Shown piece after piece: positions 37,850-51,880 of a stretch of 64,000 nt of DNA. The notes under the pieces were generated by a model. It was given only the letters and a program-made list of their open reading frames with translations, was not told the origin of the DNA and did no database searches. This DNA is from Larus michahellis. Lineage: Eukaryota. The stretch's first letter is position 1; each line of letters opens with the position of its first letter. The translations under genes were made by a program, and so were the position numbers. The stretch spans positions 203,335,471-203,399,470 of the forward strand of contig NC_133896.1 of the NCBI RefSeq assembly GCF_964199755.1. Reading direction: 5' to 3'.

Positions 37850-38700
37850 CAAATGGGAAATACAGTGAGAAAGCATGACAAATGAGCTCTGGAGGGCTTG
37901 AGACCTATGCCCATAGAAAAACAAAGTGAGCCAAAAACCCCCAAAGCCTCCCAGAGGAAACATCATTCCAACTACAAGACATGGTGCACTGGGTGTAGAT
38001 GTCCAGAGGTCGGTAGCTGGAGAGAGTGGCTCCAGAGGTGACCAGAGAGAAGAGTCCAGGTGCTGCCCCGGTGCAGCCCGTTCCAGCTGTCTCTGCAACA
38101 GACCCCCCACAGGACATGGCTGAATCTGTCAGTGAAGCTGGTGGCAACTCTAATTTAATGAAGGGCTGAAAATGCCAGGGAGAGAGAGGAGGGAACAGAA
38201 GAGAAATAAGATGGAGAACACCAACATCAAAAGAGTAGAAGGCCTTTTGTGGATGAAGAGGCACACTCCTGAAGGGTCTGAGACCCGCGGAGGGCCCGTG
38301 CTGGAGCACAGGAAGAAAAGAATAAGAGGGAAGGAGCGGCAGGGAGAAAGTGCAGTGTCCTGACCTCAGGCCCTGCACTGCTCCCTGCAGGGACAGAGTG
38401 AAACCAGAAGGCAGGAGGGGGAGAAGGGTGCTTAGAATAAACTTGAGCCTGGGAAAGGGCAGGTGCAGATGCTATAAATATTTGTCTTTTGTGTCCCAAA
38501 GCCTGAATCAGTAATTAAATATTTATGATAATTAGTAATAAACTAAGTTAAATTAAGTCTGTTTTGCTTGCAACAGTACTTGGTAAGTGATCTCCCTGTC
38601 TTTATTTTGACCCATGAGTTTTCTTGCTCCTGTTTCTTCTGTTTTCTCTCCAGTTGAACTAAAGAAGGGGAAGTGAGCGAGCGACCAAAAAATCCACATT
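37850..38700 (+). mobile_element. GC-rich LTR-like block. It may be a solo LTR of an endogenous retrovirus, but the family is unknown
   Basis: An abrupt rise in GC, overlapping ORFs on both strands with no coding character, a TATA box (gctataaatatttg, ~38470) followed about 60 nt later by AATAAA (~38540), and no CR1 signature. Confidence 0.3.
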
Positions 38701-40984
38701 AATCAAGTTATGTGTTACACAGCAACTTATATTAAAGTAACACACACACTCGATCGCAAGCAGGCATCTAAGTATAGCTGCAACACAACAAAATACCCTG
38801 GTGACAGTGACAAAACAATTAGGCTGTTCAAGTTTAAATAAAGCTGCTTAACTTTACAAAAATCTTACTAAAAATTGTGACCAGCACAAGAAAACCATTA
38901 GTGGTATTTAGTTGCATTTCTGAGCTAAGAGATGAAAATCCACTTATTTGCTTCCTCCTGAAAAAAGCAAATTGAGGAATTCCCTTTTTTTTTTGGAATC
39001 AAAACTTCTGATTTAACAATCTGTTTCATCAATATCCAAAATTATTAATGAAGAATAATTATTGATTTTCAGTAATAGAGCCCATGGATTATCTTTTCAA
39101 GAAGCCAATACATTAAATGCAGCAGTGTTATCTCTGTATTTTGAGTTTCTGTTTTTTGAGTATTTGTTTTCTAATAACAGACCTTCCAAAGAGATAACTT
39201 ACCTTAGGTGCATATTAAACACTCAAAAGTGGTATTTCTTTTCTTACTACCTGAGAATGGGAACTTTAATGATAACCAGTTTGGGAAGATTTGGCACTTA
39301 AGCACATTGAAGCATGATGCAAACATTTCATCTCCAACTTTTGAATCAATTACAATTTCAATACATGTTAGTTAAGATTTAGTTTGAGAATTCAGCTATG
39401 CCAAACTGCAGAGTTACACTCTGTAACTTATGTCAGTTGATGAATGTGATCTGTAGTAAATTTATCACAAGTGGGCAAATTCCAGCCACTGGAGGTGACA
39501 TACTAAAGCCAGTAATTTTGTTACACAAATTCAGTATTTCCAAATACTTACATTATGCACAATGTATATAGAAGTTATGCACAGTGTATTTACCCAGGTA
39601 TGTAGGATGCTAGGTCTTCTTTAACTAGCTGGCAATTAATACTAAAGCTTCTTCCGTGAACAGCAGAGAAGTCAAAGAGTTCAACAGATAAGACGTTATT
39701 ATCTAAAACTTCTGTGAATGAATAACGTAAACATAATTAGTGCAAATCAATGACAGTATAAAGACCATTTATGGTTTTGGAGGCACAGCAACCAGTAATA
39801 AAAGACAGAATTTTGTAAAATTGCATTTGATTTATAAAAGAATTTATTCCGAACATCAACAATATGTGGAGGCTTAGCTTTGCATGTATCTATAAAACTA
39901 ACTTAAAATACACCAATAATTACAAAGTATTTTTGTAAAAGAAACCAACCAGTACATGTAATTTCATTTATTAGATGGATTCCAAACCACCATTCCACAG
40001 TTGAAAAGTAACTATCTACATATTAACAATAAATGGTAGTGAGAAAAATCCTACTAAGGCATGTATCTGTTATATGAACTTTTTTTTTTTGGTTGCGATG
40101 TTTTAGAGCAGCAGTGATCACACTTCCACCTGTCCATAAAGTCAGGAAGAGTGAAGGATAGCTAGTACTTTTGGAAACAATCCCATCTTAATAAACCAGG
40201 ATACTTATATCACTTAATGCTGGTGTGGTCTGTAAGAGAAGACATAAACAGAGCTTTTGTCAGAAGTTGTATCTGTTATGTCTACTCCAATTAGTCCATG
40301 TTTAGATATTCTCACTGCAGGCTACCTGTTGCAAGTACGAACAAAAGCATTTCAAATAAATACTATTTAAAATACAGAAGTGCATGTTTCTACATTTGAG
40401 TCAATTTAATAATATTTAAATATAAATAAATACACTCTTGATAACTTACCAACAATTGAACACAGCGTAAGTTTATCTTCGGTCATTTCTGCAAATCTTT
40501 CTTTGGCTTTCCCGTTCCACTCATTTGCCTCTTTGTAAGGCTCAAGGTAAGCCAGTCTGCACCTGATTGCCTGAAGAATAACTCAAATTATGTATTGACT
40601 ACCACATATGAAGACCATCTCATTATAGCCAAATCACAGCCTTTACTTTCCACCATGAGGACAGCAAGACAGCATGACCTTGGCTTCTGGTTCCACATCA
40701 CCATTATTTGATTTGATTTAAAATGACCACCTCCACCCCATGGAGAACCTCAAATTAAGATACATTCCTGCTGAAATAGAAAGAGCTTACTTCTTGCTTC
40801 CCTTTATGGTTAGGCATAGAATTAACATGACTACACCACTGTAGAAGTCTGAAGGACTAAACACAGGGACACCAGAGTACCATGGGACCTGTGTCAGAAA
40901 TTCCTGCCAGATTTTTGAAAGCTATTGATTACGAGACAAAAAAAAAAAAAAGAAAAAAAAAAAGACACACACAGGAAATCAGAA

Positions 40985-41280
40985 TAGTTCTCCCTGGTGA
41001 CAAGTGATAGGACGAGAGGAAACGGGCTCAAGTTACATCAGGGGAGGTTTAGATTGGATATTAGGAAACATTTTTTCACTGAAAGGCTTATTAAACATTG
41101 GAATAGGCTGCCCAGGGAGGTGGTGGATTCACCATCCCTGGAGGTGTTTAAAAAAAGGGTAGATGGGGCACTTAGGGACATGGTTTAGAAGTGGCTCTTG
41201 TCAGGGTAGGTTAAAAGTTGGACTTGATGATCTTAAAGGTCCCTTCCAACCTCAGCAATTCTATGATTCTATGATTCTAA
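40985..41280 (+). mobile_element. CR1 LINE 3' fragment, plus orientation
   Basis: …[53 protein letters not shown]… then ggacttgatgatcttaaaggtcccttccaacc…attctatgattctatgattcta. Confidence 0.85.
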
Positions 41281-41604
41281 ATACTTTGATTAAAAGAATT
41301 TTTGTTTAACAGCTTTATTGCAAACTTTGGTGGCTACACTGTGGCTCAATTTTAAATTAACTGCAAATGTTATTGTTTATTGCACTGAAAGAAAGAAGAC
41401 TAAACACAGGTGGGAGGAAAGGCAGAGAAAGGAAATAAAGACAATAGAAATAAGAATGTTTTGTCAAGATATTTTTGGATACAGACAGTCAGGAATATGA
41501 AAATGTGACTGACTGACAGGTTACATAACCATTAAAAGAAAGGGCTGTGGATGACAAAGCCAACACTATGTTAAGCACAAAACCAATTCTAGTCTTGGCC
41601 AAGA

Positions 41605-42065
41605 TATATGTCATATGAGGAGAGGCTGAGGGAGCTGGGCATCTTTGGCTTGGAGGAGAGGAGGCTGAGGGGAGACCTCATTGCCCTCTACAGCTACCTG
41701 AAAGGAGGTTGGAGAGAGGTGGGTGTTGGCCTCTTCTCCCAAGTGAATAATGACAGGACCAGAGGAAATGGTCTGAAGTTGCGTCAGGGGAGGTTTAGAT
41801 TAGACATTAGGAAGAATTACTTTACTGAAAGAGTGGTCAGGCACTGGAACAGCCTGCCCAGGGAGGTAGTTGAGTCACCATCCCTAGAGGTATTTAAGAA
41901 ATGTCTAGATTTGGCACTTCAGGGCATGCTCTAGTGGCAGAGATTGTAGGTTGGTTGTTTGTGGCTTGGTGTTTTTTTTTCTTTTTTTTGGGGTGTGTGT
42001 ATGGTTGGACTTGATGATCTCAAAGGTCCTTCCCAACCATGAAGATTCTATGATTCTAAGATTTC
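41605..42065 (+). mobile_element. CR1 LINE 3' fragment, plus orientation, young subfamily
   Basis: …[32 protein letters not shown]…[29 protein letters not shown]… then ggttggacttgatgatctcaaaggtccttcccaaccatgaagattctatgattcta. About 95% identical by eye to 62690-63110. Confidence 0.85.
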
Positions 42066-45000
42066 CGTACCACTCAAGTCCATTAAAACCCCTACAAACT
42101 CTATTAACGGGCTGAAAGAAGTCTGACTTCTCTTGTAACAGCCTAATTCAAATTTCTTCACTAACTTACATTTGAGGCAATGCCATATGTGATCATGTGT
42201 GAAGACTTAGTAACGCTTACACACAACAGGACAGAGCTGCACAAGCAACCCTCCTTCTGATACTCTTACCTTCTGAATGCTTGATTTTGCAATTTCATGT
42301 TTCAAAGAATTTTAAATCCTTTAAAATTATTTTTTTTTAATATGGAAAAGATTTGAAACCATAGCAACACATAAGCAGACTCAAACCTACTGATCTATTA
42401 CTTGCATTAAAATTAATAGCAACAGGAAGGTGTTATTTCTTATGCAAACTTCAAGCATAAACACCTTGCCAGAGTGTTTCACCATAACCTATATATGGCA
42501 TAAGAATGCTGAAATTTAAAAATAACTGATGGGTTCAGGTTTTTTTAGACCATTCTATAGCGATCACATACCCATCTGTACGCGTAACTAAACTTTTCTC
42601 CTTTATCATCAAAGTGAGGAGGCCTAGTGGTACGTGGCCAAGAGCTGACAAACTCTTTACCAGATTTTTCTGAGCATTTATATTTGGTCTAGAACAAGCA
42701 TCAGTTGGAACGATGCGATAATACACATCAAAAATACCAACACCTTATTCATTAGCCGCTCTGATCTGAAGCATTAAGACATTGCAACTACAAGAACATT
42801 TTGCCATTTTCAGAATGTTTCCTCTCCCTTGCTGTCAAAAAGGCTCAATTATTTTGGCTGAAACTTTCCCCAGAAATATCTGCTCAAAATATAAACAATT
42901 AAATCCTTTTCTCAGTAAAAGACACTGGCCAAACTTAGTTACAACAATCACTACTTCTGGTGCCTACAACTGGTTAAAAAACGCTTATCAACATATGAAG
43001 TTTTAAAAAGATTAGCTTCTGGTCAGCAAAGAGAACAATCAAAAGAATAGCTGAAGAAAAAGAATTATTTTCTACTTATGTGTGTTTTTTATTTAACAGA
43101 AATACTTTGCCATTTACTCAGTTTTTCTCCTTGTCAGAAGGCAAAAACTCCTACAATACCTAAAGTTAGGAAAGCATCAAACTTTAAATGCCATAAACCA
43201 AACAAAAATATGTATTTTTAAGAGACCATTATTAGATCATTATTTGAAAATGAAAGAATGTAAAAATTCAATTGGCTTACTATGGAGTAAAAGAAGGTAT
43301 TTGAATAAAACACACACACACAATGTATATACACCTCCTTACTGCAAGGTAACATTAAATTTCATTTAAAACCAAATGATACAAAAAAAATAATTAAAAG
43401 AGTTTTCAATGTGCACCCAAAACATAATTAATCATAAACCCATGTGGAAAAGAACTTGCTTAACATTTTATTTACTTCAGAATGTTAATAACCCTCTCTT
43501 TTCCCTTACATCTATTGAGATTCTATTAAATTTGAGTATTCAATCCAGGCAACCACTTATTTACCTTTTCTGGGATGCTCAGAAACTCCTTTTTTATTCT
43601 GCGTATGTCACTAAGAGTTAAGTTGGCAACGTTGCCAAAATCAATATATTTTACTGTAACTTCTTGACGACTTGGCAGCCCTTCAAGAAAAACAACCCAA
43701 GCTATTAAAACAAAAAAATAGTATCTGATACAAGTTAAAGCACCAGAATTTCAGAGCAAAATCCACATTTACACCGTATAATCATAATAAACCACATTTT
43801 CCAGTGTTCTACAACACAATTCAAAAAACGATATTTTTTAAGAGCCAGCTCTTTTGGGTTCTTGAAATGACAGAGTTAGCATTTTGATCCCCTTCCATCT
43901 AACCACTTTATGAGACACTGGCACGTTAAACACATGCCAAGTAGACATGTCAGCATATTGGCATGCTACAACTGCCCATACAGGCAACATACAGGTCAGT
44001 ACAAGTACACCCCCCCATCTCCTTCAGAATTACTATAGGGAATTATTATCCCGCACTAGTTACACCCAGAGGTGACTATAACAGATAAATCTGTAGTTCA
44101 GATCTGTAATAGTAGGTGAAACATTAATTAAAATAATTACAGAATAGTATTTCAGTATAATATAAAAACTGAAGCATACCGCTTTTCTTTTAAAAAAAAC
44201 AAAACTGTATAAAACACTCCATTAATAGCAAAAGAATATAACACAAATTAGTTCTACTGACTTTATGAACCTACCTGTCAGTATAAGAATGCCTAGTAAA
44301 AATTATGGCTGTTTATTACTATGCATATCCAGCACAGGACTCTGATCTAGTACCACATCTGATTTTGCAACCTAGCATCAGAGTGAAAGAATCAATACTT
44401 CACCTATAATCTGTGCTCTGTACCAATTCCCATCTTCCTGTTTTGCAATACAGGCTTGGCCTTCAACTGGGCAGACAATTTCCAAGTTTTTCCTATACTC
44501 ATGTTTATATACCTCCTGAATTTTCTTTGAAAAAGATAAAGAATCCAGGCTATCTCTCTAAAATAAGAAAAACAAAACACACGTGTACACCAGATGTTTC
44601 TTTTTTTAAAATGGCATTTTTGCTCTTCTAAGGAACATTTTTTTTCTAGTAGTGTACTTCCTAGTCTTCACCCCCAAACTAAACAGTGGTAAATTCACGT
44701 GAAGTGAATTTAAAGAGCCTAACAATTGTTGAATATTGCTCTGTTCAATCACCACTCTGAACAGTTTAACACTACATACCCACATCAGAATTAAACCACG
44801 TAACAAAACTGACAAAAAAAAAGTTAACTTTCTGGAATTCTAAGAATTTCTGGAACTAATCTAGGATTCATCTAGGATTGTAGGGATTAATCGTGTCTAT
44901 TAATTCAAAGAATCCTAAAACTGGTAACAAGAGACAGAAGTTAATGGAAATCGTAGCTTATTTAATGTGGACTACAAGTACCTCAACATTAAAATGTTCA

Positions 45001-47813
45001 GTTTTACTAAACTTATTTCTAAACTTACCAACTGGAGATAGAAATCACTTGGACTATTAATGTGACAAACTATAACACAGACGACTTCTCCTTCTTGTGG
45101 AATCTTAGGTGGACTATACTGCAAGACGGTATTATTTTCTAACTGACTGGGAAGCTGTGATCTAAACCTAAGGTAAACAGAATGAAATTCTGAATAAATT
45201 TTATCAAAATTTACTGAGAAGGAACCCTTTTATATTCAAATATCAAGTTTCCCATGAAAAATGCAAAATGGTCCTATAAAAATAACTTGATTCATGTTTG
45301 TATGAATAGATTGAACTTCCTTCTTGCATTTGGTGCAGCCAGTTCTCCCTAATGCTTCTCCCATCACAAATGTAACAACATATGAAGAATGATATATGGC
45401 AGCTGGCTCCTAAAAAGATGTTCTTATTTGGGATGCAGTAGCGTACATTAAAATTGTTAAAAAAAAAAAAGTGTAAGGCTAGAATCCACTACATAGACAA
45501 AACCATTTTCTTTTAGATTTCCTTTTCCTCACTTTAAGGAAAAACCAATTACCTGAGGAACACAGATGCAGTAAAAAAAACACATCTCCTGCTGTTCTCA
45601 CCACCCTAACTAGTTATGCTCAAATATAAACAAAGACCTTTCTTTGTGTGCAGCAAAATGAACTGTCATTTCCTACACATTTGCATGCCATATCCCTGTA
45701 TCCAAACAGCAGAACACTCATGTTCTCTATCTCCTGCCTCTTCCACTGGTCCCTCCAAAGCAGCTCTCCTCTGTCCTAATGCCAACATCAAGCTCCCTCC
45801 CCCTTATGCCCTATCATTGTTTCTCCTATTCGTTGTGCTATATGCATCATGTCACCTGCCTGGTTCAGAGTGCTGACTAGCCTGGGACTGCCTACCAGCC
45901 ACATCAGATACAAGGCCAATTCCTGTATGTTTTTCTGTTCGTGGCAGACACTAAGGGCTTCTCCTTTCACCTCTTGTTACTCTAATTTGGACAAAAATTT
46001 AAATTTTGTCATTTTCTATAATAAAGCTCATTATCCACATAAAGCCCTGACTAGTTCAAAAGAGCACTTATTAGTGAACGTGGAAAAAGGAAATCAACAG
46101 AAATCGCTGAAGGTGAGTACATCACACATCAATATATCAAACACTGCAAAACCAACTTGCTTGGTAAAACTTCACTTGATAGGTATTATGCTGTTATCAT
46201 TTATGGCATAAGAGCATCAACCAAAGGGAAACACATACCTTGCCAAGTCTAAGAAAACTAATGCATCCTTGAGAGACACTGGCATGTTATTGCTTATTTT
46301 ATTAAATGGAGGTTTTTTCAAATCCACAATGAGAACACCATCCTCTTCTCTAAATATGGTCATTAAAACAACTTTATTATTGACCATTCCTAAAAATTTT
46401 GTCGTTGCTTCCTCTCCCCAACCTTCATTCTGTGTTAGGAAGAAAAAGGTAGTTACTGAAGATGTCAGAGAATATTAAAACAAAAAACCCCACAATTAGT
46501 AATTAAAAAAAAAAAAAAGGCAGCAAGGAAGGGAACACAGATGCATCTGAACAGATGAAATACTGAACACAGACTGCCTGGTCCATAGCCAGGACAGCAC
46601 TAAACAGTATTCTTCTATGATGGATTTATAAGTGTTTTTAATTGTATAAAACTGAGTCAGATCAAAGGGCTGCAGTTTCCAACATGTTTCTTTTGAGAAT
46701 TCAAGATTTCATCCCCTCTGATTGTTCTGATAGATAAATCAGAGTTGTCATACGCCATTTCATCTCATGACTTACATTTCTGCTCTCCCAATAAGTTTGA
46801 AAGTTTACTCCTGTATTTTCGTGTCTTTATACAAATGTACAACATATTTTGTTAATTTACACATTCCTCCTCTCCACAACATCCTTCTTGAGGGTTTATC
46901 TACCTTGAAAAAGTCTGTCTGAATTTATTTCTCTTGGATCAAGTTAATGCATTTCTCATTTGATACTGCAAAAATCTGTGCTTTTTAGGTGGGAAAAAAA
47001 AATAAAAATAAATGAAAGTGCATGTAAGGAAGACATTTTACCCACACCGGTGAAAACTGTTTCAGATCTTCCCTATTTAAAGCTATTTCAGACAACATCA
47101 GACTGGCAAAAAAAAAAACGCAACCCAAAAAAACCACAAAACCAACCAGCAGTTCTACTGTCAGAAACGCACAGCTGCACTGGACACAGTTCATTCCCAC
47201 ATGAATATGGCAAAAATAAAGAAAGCCTAATAAATAAGTGAATAATGAAGAAAATAATGCTGCAACATATGTCCTTTTTCTAAGGGGATAAAGACTGTCA
47301 GTACTTTTATTTATCATTATACTGAAAGAGAACACATAGCACTTTTCAACATGTTGCAAAAATTTTAAGTAACAAAGACAATCCTCGAAAAGAGTCTCTT
47401 AAAAATTCTCAAACCATTTTTTCTCTGGAAAAAGTTACTACTTTCTCTGGAAAGTTACTACTTGCATAAAGTTACCAGACAGACACGAAATAAGAGTATC
47501 AGGTCTGTACTTTGTTTTTAAATTTGACAAAAGAACATGTCTAGAGTAAGAGTAGTGAGATTTAAGCTTGAAATATGTATTCATAAACCCAGAGGCTTTT
47601 AAAGACAGTCTGCCATAAGCTTGTTTCCTTTCCAATGAAAGCAATGCAACCCATCATTTTACAAAAAATAAAATATACCCTGTACTCCTCTCAAGCTTCC
47701 TTCTGCTTATACTGGAATAAGATCATTGTAAATTATGTATGTAAGTTCTTTAATATAAATCTTAGGAAGAAAAAAAAATATCTCCTGAAATAGTACCAAC
47801 AGCTTTTACTTAC

Positions 47814-47979
47814 TGCATTTCTGGGAACAACATCCTTCAACGAACACCGTACTGCTAAAGGAGGAACAGCTGCAAGTTCTGCCTCAATATGCTGATCAGG
47901 TTTCCTTACAAACAAACAAATGTCATCTGTTTCAATAGTTTCCTGAGTAGCAGTTTTGGGCCTTTCAGTGTGAATGTAT
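47814..47979 (-). CDS. RNF17: RNF17 exon, Tudor second half (YIHTERPKTATQETIETDDICLFVRKPDQHIEAELAAVPPLAVRCSLKDVVPRNA)
   Basis: Acceptor cccattgacaatag|a and perfect donor aaatgca|gtaagt. Motif LP.LAV.C.L..V.P. Confidence 0.65.
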
Positions 47980-48426
47980 CTATTGTCAATGGGAAAAAAA
48001 GCAGTACTAGCTTTAAAGAAAAGCAAAACCCCAACGCCAACCCCCCGCACCCAAATCAAATGCCTGACTTAAAATAAAGGCCATTATTGCAATAATAGAC
48101 ATAATGTCATTGAAACAAAACTAAAAAGTCTCAATGAAATGCCTTTTTTTTTTTTCTTTAAAACATTGAGGACTCACGTGTTCTCTTTTGCAATGCAAGT
48201 TTAAGTTAAACATTTGAAGGTATGAAGGCTTGTACACTTGTATACTTACATACACTGACACTTTTCTTGTGGGAAATACATATGTACAAAACATTAGTGT
48301 CATTTGTGTATCTGGTCATCTGCTTGCGTGAAGCTGATGGAGGACTTGTTTCTTAGTAGAGATCCTCTTGAGTAGCAACAGTCAAGGACAACAATCGAAG
48401 ACAAAAAACTCTCTCTGTAAACATAC

Positions 48427-48616
48427 CCTGAGAAAACGAGAACTACAGAGCTCCCAAAATCTATCAGGAATACTTCCAGCAGTGCAATATCACAAACTTT
48501 GTATCCTATCGGACCACAAGACTTCCTCTCATTTTCACTTCTTAGGGGAATTAGTCCAGTGATAGTTCCACGGCACCACATTCCAGTTTCCTTACTCTTA
48601 ATGAAAGTTCTACCAC
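48427..48616 (-). CDS. RNF17: RNF17 exon, Tudor core (GRTFIKSKETGMWCRGTITGLIPLRSENERKSCGPIGYKVCDIALLEVFLIDFGSSVVLVFS)
   Basis: Tudor core G.WCRG.I… plus V.LIDFG.S.VV. Acceptor gcttccgtatag|g and donor tcagg|gtatgt. Confidence 0.8.
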
Positions 48617-49779
48617 CTATACGGAAGCAAATTAAAAAGACACCAAAGACTAAATTCAGCATTTGCAGGTATTTCACACTGGAAGCATTATCAGAGTTCT
48701 GCATAATGTTCCATTGTTGCCTATCTTCCACACAGGTAGTAAAGAGTGCTACTGATAAAATAAAGACATTAAAAACTTTGTCTTGATAGCCACCAGAAGT
48801 TTTCTCCCTCATTTACACAATGCCTGTAAAGCTAGGAGGTGTTAGGCTTCTGCTGAGAAGTAATTTCTACCTACCTTTCTATACCTCTTAGTAAAGTGGC
48901 AAAAACCCAATGAAGTTGAGGGCTATTACATACTTTTTGTAAGCTTTCTAAACACCTACCAGAAGCGAGTAACAGTGTCAATGTGTGGGCTAGAAAATAA
49001 TTTTAAATGATTTGGCAATGCATTATTGTCATTGTCTTTCGGTTTTAATTCCAGAATAGTTTCTATCCAGTTAGTGAACTTTAAAAAAAAAAAAATACAT
49101 CCACTCAAAGGGAACGTTGCTTGCATGCAAGAAAGCTAATTTACTGAAGTAATAGAAGAACTAGGCTACTCATTAAAATAGGTACACTGAAAAAAGAACT
49201 ATCAGTTAACAATTACCACCTAATGCTGGAAAACAGTCAATTTACAGTCAGGTGTTTCAACTGCTGGTTACTCTAAGCGCTCAATTTGCTGAGGCTAAGA
49301 ACCGCAGAGTCTTTTTTACTTCTACTGTTTTCATTTATATGATTTAATAATAGTTTAGTTTATCGAACAATGTGTACAATGTTCCCCAAAAGCATTAATT
49401 GTAGATCCCAGGACAGACAAGCACTGCTTGACTATGTGAAGGCAGAGGTGGGGAGGGGGGAGGAAAAAAAAAATACTACGGAAACATACTACAAGACAGT
49501 ATTTTAAGCTACTGTAGACCTTTAGAAATTAATAATTTACCTAGTTGCAAAACATCTGAAGGCAAGAGATATGAACTCTTATTACAACAAAAGTTTTTCA
49601 ATTTCTTCTCCAAAACCCCTGCTTCTTTCTTCTGTGAGTATCTCCGAATATAGAAGTGGCATGGATTTATAACATGGCTAACAATCACTAGTTCTGTCCA
49701 ACCTGAGTAAGACAGAAAACAGATTATCAGCCACTCTCCAAGTGACTCCGACCGGTGTTATTAGACAGGTGATTAGGTT

Positions 49780-49990
49780 TATGAGGAGGGCCACGACGAT
49801 GATCAGAGGGCTGACCTTTGCTATGAGGACAGCCTGAGAGAGTTGGGGTTGTTCAGCCTGGACAAGAGGAGGCTCCGAAGAGACCTTATAGCAGCCTTCC
49901 AGTACCTACAGGAGGCCTACAGGAGAGATGGGGAGGGACTCTTTATCAGGAAGTGTAGCAATAGGAGAGCAGACCCGGGAGTGTTTTTGC
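49780..49990 (+). mobile_element. CR1 LINE internal fragment, plus orientation
   Basis: …YEDSLRELGLFSLDKRRLRRDLIAAFQYLQEAYRRDGEGLF… matches the CR1 ORF2 C-terminal region ([28 protein letters not shown]). Confidence 0.7.
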
Positions 49991-51552
49991 AGAGCAAAAC
50001 TGCTGGTACTAAGAATGACATCTGCACTGTAAGCACCTCCCAGACTAGTTTTAACTGGAAGGAAATCAATTCGTGTGCCCCAAGTCTGCTCTTACACGTG
50101 AGCAAATACATGCTAACTAGAGACAGTCAGGAGATCTTCTTCCTAGTACGTTCCTGACCTCAACTACAATGCTAACGTACGTGTCCAACCTCTCCAAGAA
50201 ATTCCAATGCCTGCTCTCGCTGCTTACAAGATGGGTCTCTGTTAGTAAACTAAACCATTTACCAGATAGGAAAACCACTAACCAGCTTTGTGTTGAAAAG
50301 GTGTTTCCTTCTTGAAGAGTTTCTTCCTCTGTTCACCAGCATGATATTCTGCAGGAAACTCTGTTTGTTTATTGTTTTAGGAAAAGTTTAATGAATTAGG
50401 TTAGTTAAGCATTTATATATATATGCAGTAAAGCAGCAAACACAGTAAAGAGAAATTACATGTGTCTGTAAGGGTACTGCAGAGGCAAAATCTCTCCTAT
50501 TTGATGCAACCGAAACAGATGCATGCGCAGTCCACGTGGCCAGCCCACATGCTACCTCCAAGATTACAAAACTATCATTAAAATTTGTAGATTCAAGACA
50601 CGCAAAACCCATAACACTGTGGTTTGAAGGAATTTTGTTCTGACAGGAGTTTTGTGAAATCCTCTGGGATTCTGGAATATACTATTTCAGACACTCATGC
50701 CCAAGCTCTGAAATTTATTTTCCCTTGATCACAGCTATATGCTAGCACAATTACTCTCACATACCACCCGTACCCGCTCCCTCATCCTCCCCAAGCATTA
50801 CTCATCACAGGAATTTTCTAGGTACGTTGTGCACATAAGCCACTCTGAAGTTAAGCATCTTAGTTGTACTGTGGGAAGCATCTAACTATTATATATCCTA
50901 TTATCTAATTGGATTTTTTTATGTTCCAACCTGTTCCTAACGCCTTCAGCCCTATCACTCAGCACCTCCTGGACACCAGCTTGGTAGGCTCCACTGGACT
51001 CACTCCAGTATGACAGTGACTTTCAGTACTGCAGGGTCCAAAACTGGACACAATACTCCACATTCAGTCTCACAAGAGCCTGAGAGGGGAAGGATCACTT
51101 CCTGGACCTGTTAGTTACACTCTTACTAATACAGTTCAGGGAAAAGCTGACAACAAGCTGAAGAACCTAATTGTTATTGCCAGTTAATGTAGAACAATAC
51201 CCCAGAAGATGATTCAGGAAGACAAAGGAACTGCCAGAAAAACATACTGCAGGAGCCACTGCCAGAAACTCTGAGGAGGACTGTAATAATTAAGAGTCAA
51301 ATAGAATCATCCAGGTAAACACAGGAACTCATGACCCCTCTTCGAGAGAACTTGGGAGAAAGTTTTCACTAAGTTAAGCTGAAGGAGGACAAAAAAGAAA
51401 CAATGCTAACTGGAAGGAAGATAATGTGAAATACAGACATCATTAAAGAACTTATATGAGCCAAGTATAACTACAAATGGACAACATAATACAAAACACA
51501 TAAATAACACCATGCTTAACAATGGAACACTTAAAGGTATTAAGAAACTTAC

Positions 51553-51880
51553 TTCCCAGGTCATCTTCAAATATTTCCTCTATTATGACATCAGGACTGG
51601 ATGGAGACTTGGGCAGAGCAGGAATACTCTGATGACGTATCACAGGAACTGTTTCTTGTACTTGAGTATTTTTCACTTCTTTGTGAACACCAAGTTTATT
51701 TGCAAGAGCCTTTATTTCCCTTTCTCTGCTAAGTGCTGGAAACATATTCTCTACAGATGACTGAGTATCACAGCTTGGCATTTCTTCTTCAGCATCAAGG
51801 ATAAGAGTATGTTGTCCATTATCTTCACTACATTTGGGAAAACATTTATTTGGAGACAAATTACTGTAATCCAGTCTGTT
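51553..51880 (-). CDS. RNF17: RNF17 large inter-Tudor exon (…CFPKCSEDNGQHTLILDAEEEMPSCDTQSSVENMFPALSREREIKALANKLGVHKEVKNTQVQETVPVIRHQSIPALPKSPSSPDVIIEEIFEDDLG). The 5' boundary is uncertain by up to ~70 nt
   Basis: Long minus-strand open frame with Ser/Glu-rich linker composition. Perfect donor ctgggaa|gtaagt. Three possible acceptors (aaaacag|a, ttacag|t, aaatgtag|t) cannot be resolved by eye. Confidence 0.55.

Noticed and set aside
37847-38499. Minus-strand ORFs of 157, 90 and 87 aa and plus-strand ORFs in the GC-rich block
   Set aside because: Proline and glycine-rich low-complexity translations on both strands, as expected for a GC-rich LTR-like sequence rather than a gene.
40940-40975. 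Long A run (aaaaaaaaaaaaaagaaaaaaaaaaag) immediately upstream of the CR1 fragment at 40985
   Set aside because: It is probably the poly(A) or simple-repeat tail of an adjacent element or replication slippage. It is not a feature by itself.
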